Shown here: positions 19,489-30,252 of the stretch, piece after piece
Layout: every line of letters starts with the position of its first letter
How positions within the stretch are numbered: the stretch's first letter is position 1
The notes under the pieces: model-generated
What the model saw: the letters and a program-made list of their open reading frames with translations, nothing else
Databases searched by the model: none
Told to the model about the DNA's origin: nothing
Made by a program: the position numbers and the translations under genes
Assembly: GCA_016840035.1 (NCBI GenBank)
Contig: JAEOTC010000121.1
Span: 69,591-133,590 of the forward strand
Source of the DNA: Candidatus Hodarchaeota archaeon
GTDB taxonomy: Archaea > Asgardarchaeota > Heimdallarchaeia > Hodarchaeales > Hodarchaeaceae
DNA length: 64,000 nt
Direction: 5' to 3'

Positions 19489-20019
19489 TCACGAAGTTTG
19501 AGCTTGAAAACTTACCAACAGCTGATCCAATTCCTCCAACATAATCTTTGTGGCGGATAATAGATTTTCAAGAGTATCATGAAAACGTTTTGTCTCAGCT
19601 CTTTCTCTAAGTTCTTTGCTTAAATTCCCCATTCGTTGTAAAGCACTTGTCATTGGTGAAACGTTATTTCTGAGTATATTAATGAAAGAAAGAATCATTC
19701 CAGAAAGAAGAACAACAGGTGTATTTGCCCGTTTTTCATATTGCCACTCCTTAGTATTTGGAATTTTAGTTTTAATAATTAGGGGAGGATTATCAGTTAT
19801 TAACTTAATATTCCGTGAAACGGTTGATACAGAAATTCCTAATTTAGCAGCGATGTCTTTTTGAGTTAGAGGTTCATTAGAAAGTAATATCGTCATTAAG
19901 ATACGTCCTGCATAAGGTCCAGCACCCGCACCAGTATCGAGCATTTGTTCGAATAAGGTGGTAAACTCAGAGATTACTTGGTTCAAGGTCTCCTCATCGG
20001 GAACATTTGAGGGCAACAT
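19489..20019 (-). CDS. GbsR/MarR-family winged-helix regulator
   Basis: AGRILMTILLSNEPLTQKDIAAKLGISVSTVSRNIKL; divergent from the MMPL gene. Confidence 0.85.
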   Translation of the reverse strand: MLPSNVPDEETLNQVISEFTTLFEQMLDTGAGAGPYAGRILMTILLSNEPLTQKDIAAKLGISVSTVSRNIKLITDNPPLIIKTKIPNTKEWQYEKRANTPVVLLSGMILSFINILRNNVSPMTSALQRMGNLSKELRERAETKRFHDTLENLLSATKIMLEELDQLLVSFQAQTS

Positions 20020-20163
20020 AGTTTCAACTTGATCTTCCTAGAATTTTTGCATTTTTTAATGTTTTCCATAATTGCATACTATTGAAATATTTATAAAGGA
20101 GAAAGCGTTTAGTGCAATCTCGATGTTTATTTGAATTTCTAAATAAAAAACTGAGGGATTGTA

Positions 20164-23100
20164 TTGAGAAACCCGTTTGAAATAATTGCAGATATAAATC
20201 AATCATATAAGAAATTTACTATTCCATTTGTTCTAATTTTAACCATCATGTTTGTACCTCTTGCTTTAAGAGGTATAGCAGCAACTAATGCTGATTTTGC
20301 AACATTTCTTCCACAAAATTTGGAATCAAGCCATGCTGACCAAATACTTGCCGAAGAGTTCCCAGATCAATCAGAATCTAGTATTGTAATCTTACTCCAG
20401 AGTAAGAATGAGTCACTGGATATCTATAATGAACAGATTATTTCACTAATTCAGGATCTAGATTCAGGACTTGAAACTGAGGAAGATATTCCAGAGGTGA
20501 ATTTGACCTCTTGGGTGTCATTGGAAGATAATGTGCAAGAAATTTTCCAAGAAACAATAATAGATCTCCAATTAATGATTGCTGAGAACATGATACCGAT
20601 ATTGAATGATTATCAAGGTAATATCTCCATGATGAAGGAATTACTAGGTGAATTCACCATCTTAGCGAAATCCATTGAATTATTTTCCCAGATGTTAGAT
20701 TTTTACTTATTAACGTATTATGACTTTGCGAGGAGCATCTATTATCTTTCAAATCAGACAAATGCGTATGAATCATATTTCCGTTCATCTGATTATAGTC
20801 CTCTTTATTCAGTTTGGGACAATACAACAGGAGAACTTAATCAACTTATGGTCCTTCAGGTATATCTGGCTACATTCGATGTGATAGACCCACTGCTAAT
20901 GCCCGATTTTATGATGGATGGATTGCTGAATGATTTAGTTTTAGGTTTTTTTAATCAATCAATGGGAAGTGTTGTGCCAGCTCCCTATATTCCTGCAGTC
21001 AATCAGCTTCTACTCCTTTTAAATAGTACTTGGAGTACGAACTTCGCTATTGAAACTCCAACTAACCAGTCCATGTATGGAGTTTTGGATTATTCACCAA
21101 TCCCAACAGTTAATCAACTTCAACAACAATACATGCTTGGCCGATTAGTAAATGTATCGGTCTTAACTTTAAGTGATTTATTCACAGCAATTATGGCCGA
21201 TCCTCAATTACAATCAAGTTTAGAATCCCTCCAAGACGTATTGGATTTGTCTGGAGATTTAATTCCAACAGTAAATAGTTCATTTATGGAAAGTTTGCAT
21301 GATGCCCCACTTCAATATATGGGGTTATGGTTTGACCTTTCACGAGCAATCTATTATTTAAATAACGCTACTGCAGCTTACCAAGATGGATTAAATAGCA
21401 CTCATCTTGATATTATAAATAATACATGGGCTGGAGCACTGTACGGATTACCTAACCAAGATTATACTGTTTCAGCCTTAGCCTATACTTCAACAAGTAT
21501 GCCAATTCCCCCGTCTGGATTCCCTCTCGGGGTAATAATGTCAACCAATTCTACCCTTGCAGACTCTACTACTGATGATATAGTGTTTAATATCTTTAAT
21601 GGTACTGCTTTTCAACAGTGGGCAATTGAGAACCCTGGGGATCTTCCAGGTTACTTCCAATCACAGGAGTATCAATCTCTCCTTGTTTTAAGAGATACTT
21701 GGGCAACTTTTAGAGGAATATCTTCTCTTATAAATAATCCATTGTTTGGTGATTATGTTGGGATTCCTCCTGGAACTCCACTTGCAGAATTATCTCAGTT
21801 GGGTGTTATGGATCGATTGATGGACATTGCTAACTCTACATTCCAGGTTTATGCGAGTATGCTCTTTAGTAGTATGAACTTCAGTGAATCTGGAGTACCT
21901 CTTTCCTTGAAGATTGCGGAAACGGAATCGCTTAACTCGATAACTGAAGCTATAGGATTGACGATAAAGAACGAAACAGAGCTACAGACCTTCGTAACAC
22001 AGTTATCGGCTGGAATACTCACTCAATATATTGCTGATATTCCTATCAATATTTCAATCCTAACTACGGCATTAAACACACAAATTATTCCATTGGCAGT
22101 GTTATATCGAGATTCCGGATTCCCAGATCAAGTTCTCCAAGATATTATTGTGAATCTGTTTATAACAATCCTTCAAAGCACTGATTTAACCTCATTTTTC
22201 GATCCCACCATGTTTGGAGAAACTGATCTTGGATCGTATGAGTTCAATATATCACAACTATTAACCTCGATCAATTTCACAACACTAGTCGAAAATCTCT
22301 ACCTTTCAACCATTCCTGGAAGCAATGTTACTACCACACTTATTGCAGCAGGAATCAGTCAAGGATTAATATCGCAAATTACTTTAATTATTCCTGAACC
22401 AACGATTCACACCCTCCCTAATGCTGTAACTAAATCACTGATTTCTGCGGATAATAAAACCACTTTATTGGTAATTTCTTTCCCAAACAATGGTGAGGAA
22501 GAAAGTTATTCAGATTCTGTGGAAGCAATTCGAACATTGTTGCACCAGGTAGTTGTTGAAAATGATCTTGAGGATGATCTCGACTATTGGGTAACTGGGG
22601 GACTAGCCCAGTTATATGATAGTTCACACTCGATCAATGAGGATATTGAAACAGTGGATATCGTTGCAGTAATATTAGTTGTATTACTCCTATCTCTCGT
22701 ATTTCTAAGCATTATTGCACCAGTTATACCCTTACTGGCTATTGGTATTGCAATCGTTGAAGCTATTGGTTTCGTGTTTATTATTGTGACATTGGGTAGT
22801 CAAGAAATTCCTACATTGATGTTGGCACTCCTCTCTGTTACTATGCTCGGAGCAGGAGTTGATTATTGTCTGTTTATTTTATGGCGTTACAAGGAAGAAC
22901 GACAATATGGACGGAACAGATATTTAGCAATCCGAGAAGCCACAATTCATGCAGGTGAATCTGTGGTATCATCTGGTTCAACAGTTATGATTGGATTTGG
23001 TAGTCTTCTTCTATCAACATTTCCATTACTTAATCAACTCGGTTTAGGACCGATGGTTGGAATTGCGTTTTCACTGTTAGCTGCTTTGACGATTATTCCA

Positions 23101-24789
23101 ATTTTTCTACATTTACTTGGAGATAAAGCATTTTTTCCACGTAATTTTGCGAAAGATTACGATAAAAATCGTGAAAGGATTCGGGCGGAGATTAAAGCCG
23201 AGAAAGAAGGCCGTAGGAGCGAGAATAAACCCCGTCGCTTCTCAATTAAATGGATGAGTCACTGGACAGTTAAACATCCTTGGCCTGTTATTTTAGCCTT
23301 CCTCGCAGTCACTGCATTCTTTGGTGTGAAAATGCTTGACATTCGTGTAAGTTACGACACCGCGGATCTACTCCCTCTAAATGTGGAGTCCATGGATGGT
23401 TTTCAAGCAATGGAAGGTAACTTCCCCAAAGGCCAGCTGTACCCAATTAAGATCGTCTTAAAGTTTGAGGATCCGCTTTCTGCCCCAACTGATCCGATGT
23501 ATGACCTGACAAAGCTACAGCAGATAGAATCTTTTGCACAGGCTATAGAGCAAGAATTCAGATTAACATCAGGTGGAGAAACATTGGTTAGCCAAATTAA
23601 TACGGTAACAAGGCCTAATGGAGTACCCATTAATTTCTCTGAATCCCTTGATCCGTTAACATTTGGATTACTAACTCAATTTGTTGGTCCTACCACTAAC
23701 ACTACCGTTGTTCTTGATGTGGTTATGGATGTTGACCCAATAGGCGGTGAATCCCTTAGATTTGTTGGTAATCTTCGTTTATTCGTGGAGGAATACCAAA
23801 TCGACAATGAAGGAACCGTTTTTGGGACTCAGGACTTAGAAATAGTCATTGGGGGTACCACTGCACATTTCAAGGATATGTCAGAAATAATCGAACGCGA
23901 AACTCCCATGATCGTTGCTTTTGTATTGATAGGGATCTTTATTGTCTTATATCTGATAACTGGCTCACTTTTTACACCTATTCGCTTAGAACTGACTATT
24001 CTAATGACAGTTATCATCACGCTGGGTGCTAGCCAAATTTTCTTTGTAGAGTTCCTTGGTTATGGAATCTCATGGGTAATGCCGATAATGTTATTTGTCT
24101 TAATCTTTGGATTAGGAATGGACTATGACATCTTCATTATCACACGAATGCGTGAAGAAGTGGCACTACGAGGATTATCAGATGAAGATGCAATTTTAGA
24201 AGCATTAGATAAAAGTTCAACCATTATCACAGCAGCAGGCCTTATCATGGCTTCTTCATTGGGCTCTCTCTACGTAGGTGATTCGGCTATCCTTAAATTA
24301 TTTGGTTTTGCATTTTTCGTAGGAATTTTATTAGATGCTACTCTTGTAAGGCAGTTACTTGTCCCTGCTATCATGGTAGTTGCTAAAAGAGCCAATTGGT
24401 GGAATCCAATCAAAGCGCTACAGCGAGTACCTAGTGAAGAAAAACGAGAATGGATCCGTGAAGCTCAACTAGAGAAACTCGAGCAAGAACATAAACAAAA
24501 AGATCTAACTGATAATCAGTTGAAAGAATTCCGAGGAAAGATGAAAAAGTATTGGAAAGAAGTCTCAAAACTTGAGAAAATGCGTAAAGAGATGTCAGAC
24601 GATGAATATCTTAATAATTTGTCAAGAGTTGAGAAATCTATTAGGAATCTACCCCGTAATGTCCGTCAAACTTTTATTCTCGATGTTCGAAGATTGATTG
24701 GGAAAATTGAGAAGTTACGTGACAAGACTGCAGGGAAGATCTACAATACGATCGAAATCGATAATCTCAAATTTAAACTGGAGAAATAG
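20164..24789 (+). CDS. MMPL/RND family transporter with a very large extracytoplasmic insertion
   Basis: GAGVDYCLF and GLGMDYDIF motifs, two TM blocks, LDATLVR. Confidence 0.9.
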   Translation: MRNPFEIIADINQSYKKFTIPFVLILTIMFVPLALRGIAATNADFATFLPQNLESSHADQILAEEFPDQSESSIVILLQSKNESLDIYNEQIISLIQDLDSGLETEEDIPEVNLTSWVSLEDNVQEIFQETIIDLQLMIAENMIPILNDYQGNISMMKELLGEFTILAKSIELFSQMLDFYLLTYYDFARSIYYLSNQTNAYESYFRSSDYSPLYSVWDNTTGELNQLMVLQVYLATFDVIDPLLMPDFMMDGLLNDLVLGFFNQSMGSVVPAPYIPAVNQLLLLLNSTWSTNFAIETPTNQSMYGVLDYSPIPTVNQLQQQYMLGRLVNVSVLTLSDLFTAIMADPQLQSSLESLQDVLDLSGDLIPTVNSSFMESLHDAPLQYMGLWFDLSRAIYYLNNATAAYQDGLNSTHLDIINNTWAGALYGLPNQDYTVSALAYTSTSMPIPPSGFPLGVIMSTNSTLADSTTDDIVFNIFNGTAFQQWAIENPGDLPGYFQSQEYQSLLVLRDTWATFRGISSLINNPLFGDYVGIPPGTPLAELSQLGVMDRLMDIANSTFQVYASMLFSSMNFSESGVPLSLKIAETESLNSITEAIGLTIKNETELQTFVTQLSAGILTQYIADIPINISILTTALNTQIIPLAVLYRDSGFPDQVLQDIIVNLFITILQSTDLTSFFDPTMFGETDLGSYEFNISQLLTSINFTTLVENLYLSTIPGSNVTTTLIAAGISQGLISQITLIIPEPTIHTLPNAVTKSLISADNKTTLLVISFPNNGEEESYSDSVEAIRTLLHQVVVENDLEDDLDYWVTGGLAQLYDSSHSINEDIETVDIVAVILVVLLLSLVFLSIIAPVIPLLAIGIAIVEAIGFVFIIVTLGSQEIPTLMLALLSVTMLGAGVDYCLFILWRYKEERQYGRNRYLAIREATIHAGESVVSSGSTVMIGFGSLLLSTFPLLNQLGLGPMVGIAFSLLAALTIIPIFLHLLGDKAFFPRNFAKDYDKNRERIRAEIKAEKEGRRSENKPRRFSIKWMSHWTVKHPWPVILAFLAVTAFFGVKMLDIRVSYDTADLLPLNVESMDGFQAMEGNFPKGQLYPIKIVLKFEDPLSAPTDPMYDLTKLQQIESFAQAIEQEFRLTSGGETLVSQINTVTRPNGVPINFSESLDPLTFGLLTQFVGPTTNTTVVLDVVMDVDPIGGESLRFVGNLRLFVEEYQIDNEGTVFGTQDLEIVIGGTTAHFKDMSEIIERETPMIVAFVLIGIFIVLYLITGSLFTPIRLELTILMTVIITLGASQIFFVEFLGYGISWVMPIMLFVLIFGLGMDYDIFIITRMREEVALRGLSDEDAILEALDKSSTIITAAGLIMASSLGSLYVGDSAILKLFGFAFFVGILLDATLVRQLLVPAIMVVAKRANWWNPIKALQRVPSEEKREWIREAQLEKLEQEHKQKDLTDNQLKEFRGKMKKYWKEVSKLEKMRKEMSDDEYLNNLSRVEKSIRNLPRNVRQTFILDVRRLIGKIEKLRDKTAGKIYNTIEIDNLKFKLEK

Positions 24790-24908
24790 TTTTCATATAA
24801 CTACTCTCCAACTCTTTTTTCATTCTCTCTAGAAGATAACTTCTTATAAAAACGCTTAGAGGTATCACAATTGAGCTCACAAGTTGAGCTTTAATAACAT
24901 AAATCTGA

Positions 24909-24954
24909 TGGCTCTTCAGAGGAAGGTGTGAAGACTTGTGTTAGTGAAGAGCCA
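24909..24954. repeat. Perfect 10-bp inverted repeat in intergenic DNA
   Basis: TGGCTCTTCA (24909-24918) / TGAAGAGCCA (24945-24954) with a 26-nt spacer. Confidence 0.5.
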
Positions 24955-25082
24955 AAAAAGATGCCCAATAAGTCTCGTATAAATAACTGAGATTCTAACT
25001 ATTAATTCGATGAGTTTATTTGGATTGATCTTTTAAGTGGAAATTCTATCATTCATTCAAAGTCATCATTGAGGAGGAAAAA

Positions 25083-26588
25083 ATGATGGGATCGAAGATT
25101 TCTATACTCCATGTGGATGATGAACCGAGTTTCCTAGATTTATCCCAGAAATTTATGCAATTAATTGGAGATGAAGATCTACAAATATATTATTTGTCAG
25201 ATCCGACGAGGGTTTTTGAAGAGCTGGAGCTCAAAGAGATTGATGTTATAGTAACGGATTATCAGATGCCGTTAATGGATGGCTTGGAATTATTAGGAAA
25301 ATTAAGAGAGGCAAACAATGATATTCCGGTTATTTTTTTGACTGGAAAAGGCAGAGAAGAGGTAGCAATTAGAGCATTAAATTTAGGTGCCAACTATTAT
25401 ATGGAAAAGCGAGGGGATATGAAGACTCTATTTGGTGAACTTCGACATAATATTCATCAAGTAACAAAACATAAGCGTATAGAAAGAGCTCTGAAAGAAA
25501 GTGAGGAACGATATCGGATCATTTTCGATGAATCACCCATTAGTTTATGGGAGGAAGATTTCTCTGAGGTTCGAAAGCATTTCGACCAATTGAGGAACAA
25601 AGGGATAGAAGATTTACGAGCATTTCTTGATTCAAATCCTGACGAAATTGAAAAAATCTCTAATTTAGTCAAAATAATAAATGTAAACAATGCCACTATA
25701 AAATTGTATAATGCTAAGAATAAAATAGAGTTTTTTGAAGGATTGGCGACTTTCTTTAATGCAGAAGCTCTGGTGCTATTTAAAGAAGAACTTATTGCAC
25801 TCTTTAATGGAAAAACTATCTATCAAAGTGAATTTCCTGGGTATAAATTTTCAGGGGAGAAAATTGACGTCATTGTTCGATTATCGGTTATTCCTGGGTA
25901 CGAAAAGACCTTGGAAAGAATAATAGTATCCGTAATCGACATTACAAAATTAAAAATCGTTGAAACTACCTTAAGACGACAGAAAAAGGAACTCAGCGAA
26001 TTTGCGCATTTTATTGCTCACGATATTAGTAATTGTTTGGTTACAATTGAGGGTTATGCTTCATTATTGGATATGGAGTATGATGAAGCTTCAATAATTA
26101 ATCGACAAGTTGAATATATGAAGACTTTATTGCAGCGATCACTGACCCTTGCCGACGCAGGGGTGGTTGTTGAGCTCAAAGAGATGGTTGATCTAAATGA
26201 TCTTGTACAAAGTGTCGCTAAAACAGTAATTCCAGCTTCTATAGCGTTTACTAATGATATTCTACCAGAAGTTTTGGGAGATGTTGAAAAACTCTTTCAA
26301 GTGTTCAAGAACATGTTTGAGAATGCTGTCATTCATGGAAAACCTCAAAATATTGAAATAAAATTAATAGAGGATTATGACTTCCTTCATATGCTTGTAA
26401 TAAATGATGGTGTCCCAATCCCAATCGGTATCCAAGAGAATATCTTTGATTATGGATTTACAACGGAAACTGGTAATATGGGTCTTGGATTATCCATTGT
26501 CAAGAAAATCATTGAGGCTCATGGATGGCACATTTCTATTCACTCCAGTCAAGAGTCAACATATTTTCAAATTTCAATTCCAACTTAG
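25083..26588 (+). CDS. Hybrid response regulator / PAS / sensor histidine kinase
   Basis: REC (HVDDE, TDYQMP, LTG), PAS, H-box AHDISN, N-box ENAVIHG, NDG and G2 GLGL. Confidence 0.92.
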   Translation: MMGSKISILHVDDEPSFLDLSQKFMQLIGDEDLQIYYLSDPTRVFEELELKEIDVIVTDYQMPLMDGLELLGKLREANNDIPVIFLTGKGREEVAIRALNLGANYYMEKRGDMKTLFGELRHNIHQVTKHKRIERALKESEERYRIIFDESPISLWEEDFSEVRKHFDQLRNKGIEDLRAFLDSNPDEIEKISNLVKIINVNNATIKLYNAKNKIEFFEGLATFFNAEALVLFKEELIALFNGKTIYQSEFPGYKFSGEKIDVIVRLSVIPGYEKTLERIIVSVIDITKLKIVETTLRRQKKELSEFAHFIAHDISNCLVTIEGYASLLDMEYDEASIINRQVEYMKTLLQRSLTLADAGVVVELKEMVDLNDLVQSVAKTVIPASIAFTNDILPEVLGDVEKLFQVFKNMFENAVIHGKPQNIEIKLIEDYDFLHMLVINDGVPIPIGIQENIFDYGFTTETGNMGLGLSIVKKIIEAHGWHISIHSSQESTYFQISIPT

Positions 26589-26625
26589 GAGACTAAGTGA
26601 GTCCCGAAATCAACAAAAAATTAGT

Positions 26626-27003
26626 TTATAATTCATCGCAGCTTCTACATTTACCGAAGAAGGTCGTTTCGGCACTATTAATTCTAAAACCTTTATAATC
26701 TTTAATTAATTTTAGTGAATAATTAACTAAATCATCAGATTCAAAATCAATAATTTTTGCACAAGTCTTACATATTATATGGTGATGTGGTTCGATTTTT
26801 GCTTCAAATCTTGAAACTCCCCTTACATTGACTTCTTTTAAGAACCCTTTATCTGCCAGTACCTTGAGGTTTTTATAAACTGTGGCCTTAGTTATCCGTG
26901 GAAGGGATACTTTCACATTTTCGTAAATTTCCTCAACATTTGGATGATCGAAATTATCTTTGAGGAACTCTAAAATAGCAGCTCGTTGATTGGTAAGTTT
27001 CAT
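26626..27003 (-). CDS. Fur-family regulator, probably PerR-like
   Basis: TNQRAAIL, HP, ATVYKNL, HHHIICKTC and C-terminal CRSC; divergent from catalase. Confidence 0.88.
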   Translation of the reverse strand: MKLTNQRAAILEFLKDNFDHPNVEEIYENVKVSLPRITKATVYKNLKVLADKGFLKEVNVRGVSRFEAKIEPHHHIICKTCAKIIDFESDDLVNYSLKLIKDYKGFRINSAETTFFGKCRSCDEL

Positions 27004-27079
27004 GTTCAGGTTTCCATGTATGAACTTGGTACGAGACGAATTATTCTTTTTATAAATGATATTTCGTAAATATCTTACT

Positions 27080-27138
27080 TGATAATAATGAATATCATTT
27101 AACTCGCATTACTACATAATAATCATTATCTTTATAAA
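27080..27138. promoter_or_regulatory. Fur/Per-box-like sites and the catalase TATA box
   Basis: TGATA-N8-TATCA (27080-27097) and CATAATAATCATTATC (27115-27130), the latter abutting TTTATAAA (27131-27138). Confidence 0.6.
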
Positions 27139-27195
27139 GAAAGCTATGTTTTTTACTCCTTAATTCCTAAAAAGAATGTTCGAATAAATATCCAG

Positions 27196-28653
27196 GTGAA
27201 TAAGATGAATGACAAAAAAGAAAAGGTTTTAACCACATCAGCAGGAAATCCGGTGGCTGATAACCAAAATTCACTCACTGCAGGTCCTAGGGGTCCTGTT
27301 CTCATACAAGATTATCAACTGATCGAAAAACTTGCTCATCAAAATAGGGAAAGAATTCCAGAGCGAGTTGTACACGCCAAAGGTTGGGGTGCATTTGGGA
27401 CATTAATTGTGACTCATGATATTACGAAATATACAAAAGCCAATATTTTTAGTGAAATAGGTAAAAAAACCGGTATGTTAGCTAGATTTTCTACTGTTGC
27501 AGGCGAAATGGGTGCTGCGGATGCAGAGAGAGATGTCCGTGGATTTGCTTTAAAATTCTACACCGATGAGGGTAATTGGGATATGGTTGGAAATAATACA
27601 CCGGTGTTTTTCATACGAGATCCACTGAAATTTCCAGATTTTATTCATTCTCAGAAACGACATCCGAAAACTAATCTTCGATCTAATACTGCCGCTTGGG
27701 ATTTCTGGAGTCTTTCACCAGAAAGTCTTCACCAAGTAACCATATTAATGTCTGACCGAGGTATTCCAACAGCTCCTATGTACATGAATGGGTATGGATC
27801 CCATACTTATAGCTTCATCAATGCAAATAATAAGCGTTTTTGGGTGAAATTTCACTTTAAAACTCAACAAGGACATAAACATTATACCAACGAAGAAGCA
27901 GCTGAGGTTATAGGTAGGACAAGGGAATCCTATCAAGAAGAACTCTTTGGAACTATAGAACGGGGTGATTTCCCAAAATGGACTTTGTATGTTCAAATCA
28001 TGCCAGAGGAAGATGCATTAAAGACAAGTTATAATCCATTTGATCTTACAAAAGTCTGGCCTCATAGTGAATATCCTTTAATTGAAGTAGGCGTTATGGA
28101 ACTCAACAGAAATCCAAATAATTACTTTACAGATATAGAACAAGCAGCATTCTCTCCCTCAAATATTGTACCTGGAATTAGCTTTTCCCCTGATAAAATG
28201 TTACAGGCAAGGATCTTTTCTTACGCAGATGCACACAGGTATCGATTAGGTACACACTATGAGTCATTACCTGTAAATAGACCAAAAAGTGGAGTAGCTC
28301 ATTACCATAAGGATGGCCATATGAGATTCTTTGATAATTTTGAGGATAATCCTGATGCATATTATGAACCAAATTCCTTTGGAGGTCCAAAAGAAAGTAC
28401 AATATATGCTGAACCACCACTTAAAATATCTGGGGATGCAGATCGGTATGATCATCGTGAAGGAAACGATGATTATGTCCAACCAAGAGCTCTTTTCAAT
28501 CTTTTCAATGATGATCAGAAGAAACGGTTATTCAATAATATCGCTGAAGCCATGGCCGGAGTTCCTGATCATATCATTCAAAAACAATTGGAACACTTTA
28601 ATAAAGTAGAATCTGCTTATGGAGAAGGGGTCAAGAAGGCTCTTGGAATGTAA
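27196..28653 (+). CDS. katA: Monofunctional small-subunit heme catalase
   Basis: [22 protein letters not shown] and proximal ligand motif RIFSYADAH; start may be ATG at 27205. Confidence 0.97.
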   Translation: MNKMNDKKEKVLTTSAGNPVADNQNSLTAGPRGPVLIQDYQLIEKLAHQNRERIPERVVHAKGWGAFGTLIVTHDITKYTKANIFSEIGKKTGMLARFSTVAGEMGAADAERDVRGFALKFYTDEGNWDMVGNNTPVFFIRDPLKFPDFIHSQKRHPKTNLRSNTAAWDFWSLSPESLHQVTILMSDRGIPTAPMYMNGYGSHTYSFINANNKRFWVKFHFKTQQGHKHYTNEEAAEVIGRTRESYQEELFGTIERGDFPKWTLYVQIMPEEDALKTSYNPFDLTKVWPHSEYPLIEVGVMELNRNPNNYFTDIEQAAFSPSNIVPGISFSPDKMLQARIFSYADAHRYRLGTHYESLPVNRPKSGVAHYHKDGHMRFFDNFEDNPDAYYEPNSFGGPKESTIYAEPPLKISGDADRYDHREGNDDYVQPRALFNLFNDDQKKRLFNNIAEAMAGVPDHIIQKQLEHFNKVESAYGEGVKKALGM

Positions 28654-28779
28654 TTTTAACTTACATCCCATTTTCCTTTCTTTTTTTTTATTTACGATAG
28701 CTGAGTAGGACAATTCTCTAATTAAGGATTTCTGATTTGGAGATGAAATTAAAAACAATGGTTTGACACTAGAAATGAA

Positions 28780-29161
28780 AAAATCAAATCTGAATGATCT
28801 CTCTGAAAACAAGTAAAGCCTTCTTGATCGAAATATCTTCTTTTTTCGTGGTAGCTTCCTCATAATGTTTTTAGATATCTTCTTGTCAGTACTGGGAATC
28901 TATAAAAAAGGCTGGTTTTGATCAATTTTCTGAAGCGGGACTTCTTTGTTCCAAAGTTCATACATCTGGTTATGAAGGGTTACTCGAAGGATTACTTCCT
29001 GACATTCAATTTAAACTTGAACATACCAAGGCCATTCCCCAAGGTTATTCATGTTGTGAAGTTCTAATCACACCAGATCTAAAATAAGGACTGCAAAGTA
29101 ACCCTTTCATACAGGCTTTTCTCTATTTTTGATTTATATCGGTTTTTGACTTTTGAACCAT
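28780..29161 (-). pseudogene. Possible heavily decayed gene remnant
   Basis: An ATG overlaps the upstream stop (TAATG at 29161), followed by protein-like fragments broken by several stops and frameshifts. Confidence 0.25.
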
Positions 29162-29931
29162 TATTCTAAATCAGTTTTAGTTTTATTCTTCACGACTTCC
29201 TTTAGTAATTTTTGGGAGGATCGAAGATGATGTTTTATTGTTGCTTCATCATATGATGGAGAGGAAGAAGATAAGAGTTGCATAACCCCTGAAATACGGT
29301 AATTATTCCTTTGTAAAGTATCAATCATTTCTCGGTCAATTGAAGGGCAAAGGATTGTGAAATGGATAACTTCTTCGAATGAAAAAACATACCGTTTCCA
29401 AAGATCGGAACCTTTAGACAAGAGCTTTATTGTATTACTTCTCAATTCTTTCCAATTTGAAGAGATTTTTTTTCTCATTTGATCAAGTAAAAAATCCAGT
29501 TTTTTTTCTTCTTTAATTCTTGTTCTCAGGGATGAGATTATTGCCATAGGATAGAAAGTCATATCTTCTTGAGGTGAGTAGTATTCTCGTATAGTCGTTG
29601 GACTAAGAGTAAAAGGCATCAAGATAAAAAAACCTCTCGCTAATCCTAAAACCTCTTGTGTGTTCTCATCTTCGGCCCAAATTGTAAATAATCGAGCACT
29701 ACGTGGATCAATATCAGGAATTTCCTCCGCCCAACCATGTACATTGGTGAAATCAACACACCAATCTCCAAATTGCTCAAACAAACTTGAAGAATCAATA
29801 TCACGTGTTGGAAAGAATTTTTCCGATACACTTTTGAGATCAAAATCCTTCAATCGATCAACATCTAAAGCATTTTGTCGTCCATCGTGAATTATCAAAT
29901 TCAATGTTTGGTCATTTTTTCTCAAGGTCAT
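29161..29931 (-). CDS. Conserved hypothetical protein, paralog of 41262..42002
   Basis: Shares DFTN..WAE.IPDID.RS, RGFFIL.PF, PMAIISS.RT, LW.RYV.S and CPS.DRE with the paralog; GGAGGT SD. Confidence 0.85.
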   Translation of the reverse strand: MTLRKNDQTLNLIIHDGRQNALDVDRLKDFDLKSVSEKFFPTRDIDSSSLFEQFGDWCVDFTNVHGWAEEIPDIDPRSARLFTIWAEDENTQEVLGLARGFFILMPFTLSPTTIREYYSPQEDMTFYPMAIISSLRTRIKEEKKLDFLLDQMRKKISSNWKELRSNTIKLLSKGSDLWKRYVFSFEEVIHFTILCPSIDREMIDTLQRNNYRISGVMQLLSSSSPSYDEATIKHHLRSSQKLLKEVVKNKTKTDLE

Positions 29932-30252
29932 TTACCTCCGATTGTGAAGCCTAATAATCCATTATTGAACAATAAAATATCGAACTTCAAACCTATTATT
30001 AAACTTGTATCACTTACTTTCAAAATAGTAGTTATTTTTCGGTGGATTTCGGGATAACTTGGATAATTTCCTTGATTAACCAATAGAAGTTCGAAGAAAT
30101 TTACTTTGTAAAAGACAGCTTTTAATTTAGTCGAGGAACCAGCTTAATCCAACAAATAATTGATTCACTATGCAGAGGGTTTTTGATTTATACCGGATAT
30201 GTTATATTATATCGAATTCGAAAATGCGTAATCCAGCAAATGAATATCTATT

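Noticed and set aside
24880-24920. Fluoride-riboswitch-like CTGATGGCTCT segment
   Set aside because: The 5' GATG..TTC/P1 elements and pseudoknot register do not fit, and the downstream gene is not a fluoride-related gene.
28528-28863. 111-aa minus-strand ORF
   Set aside because: It overlaps the catalase 3' end and its T-rich terminator, and its composition is low-complexity; likely spurious.
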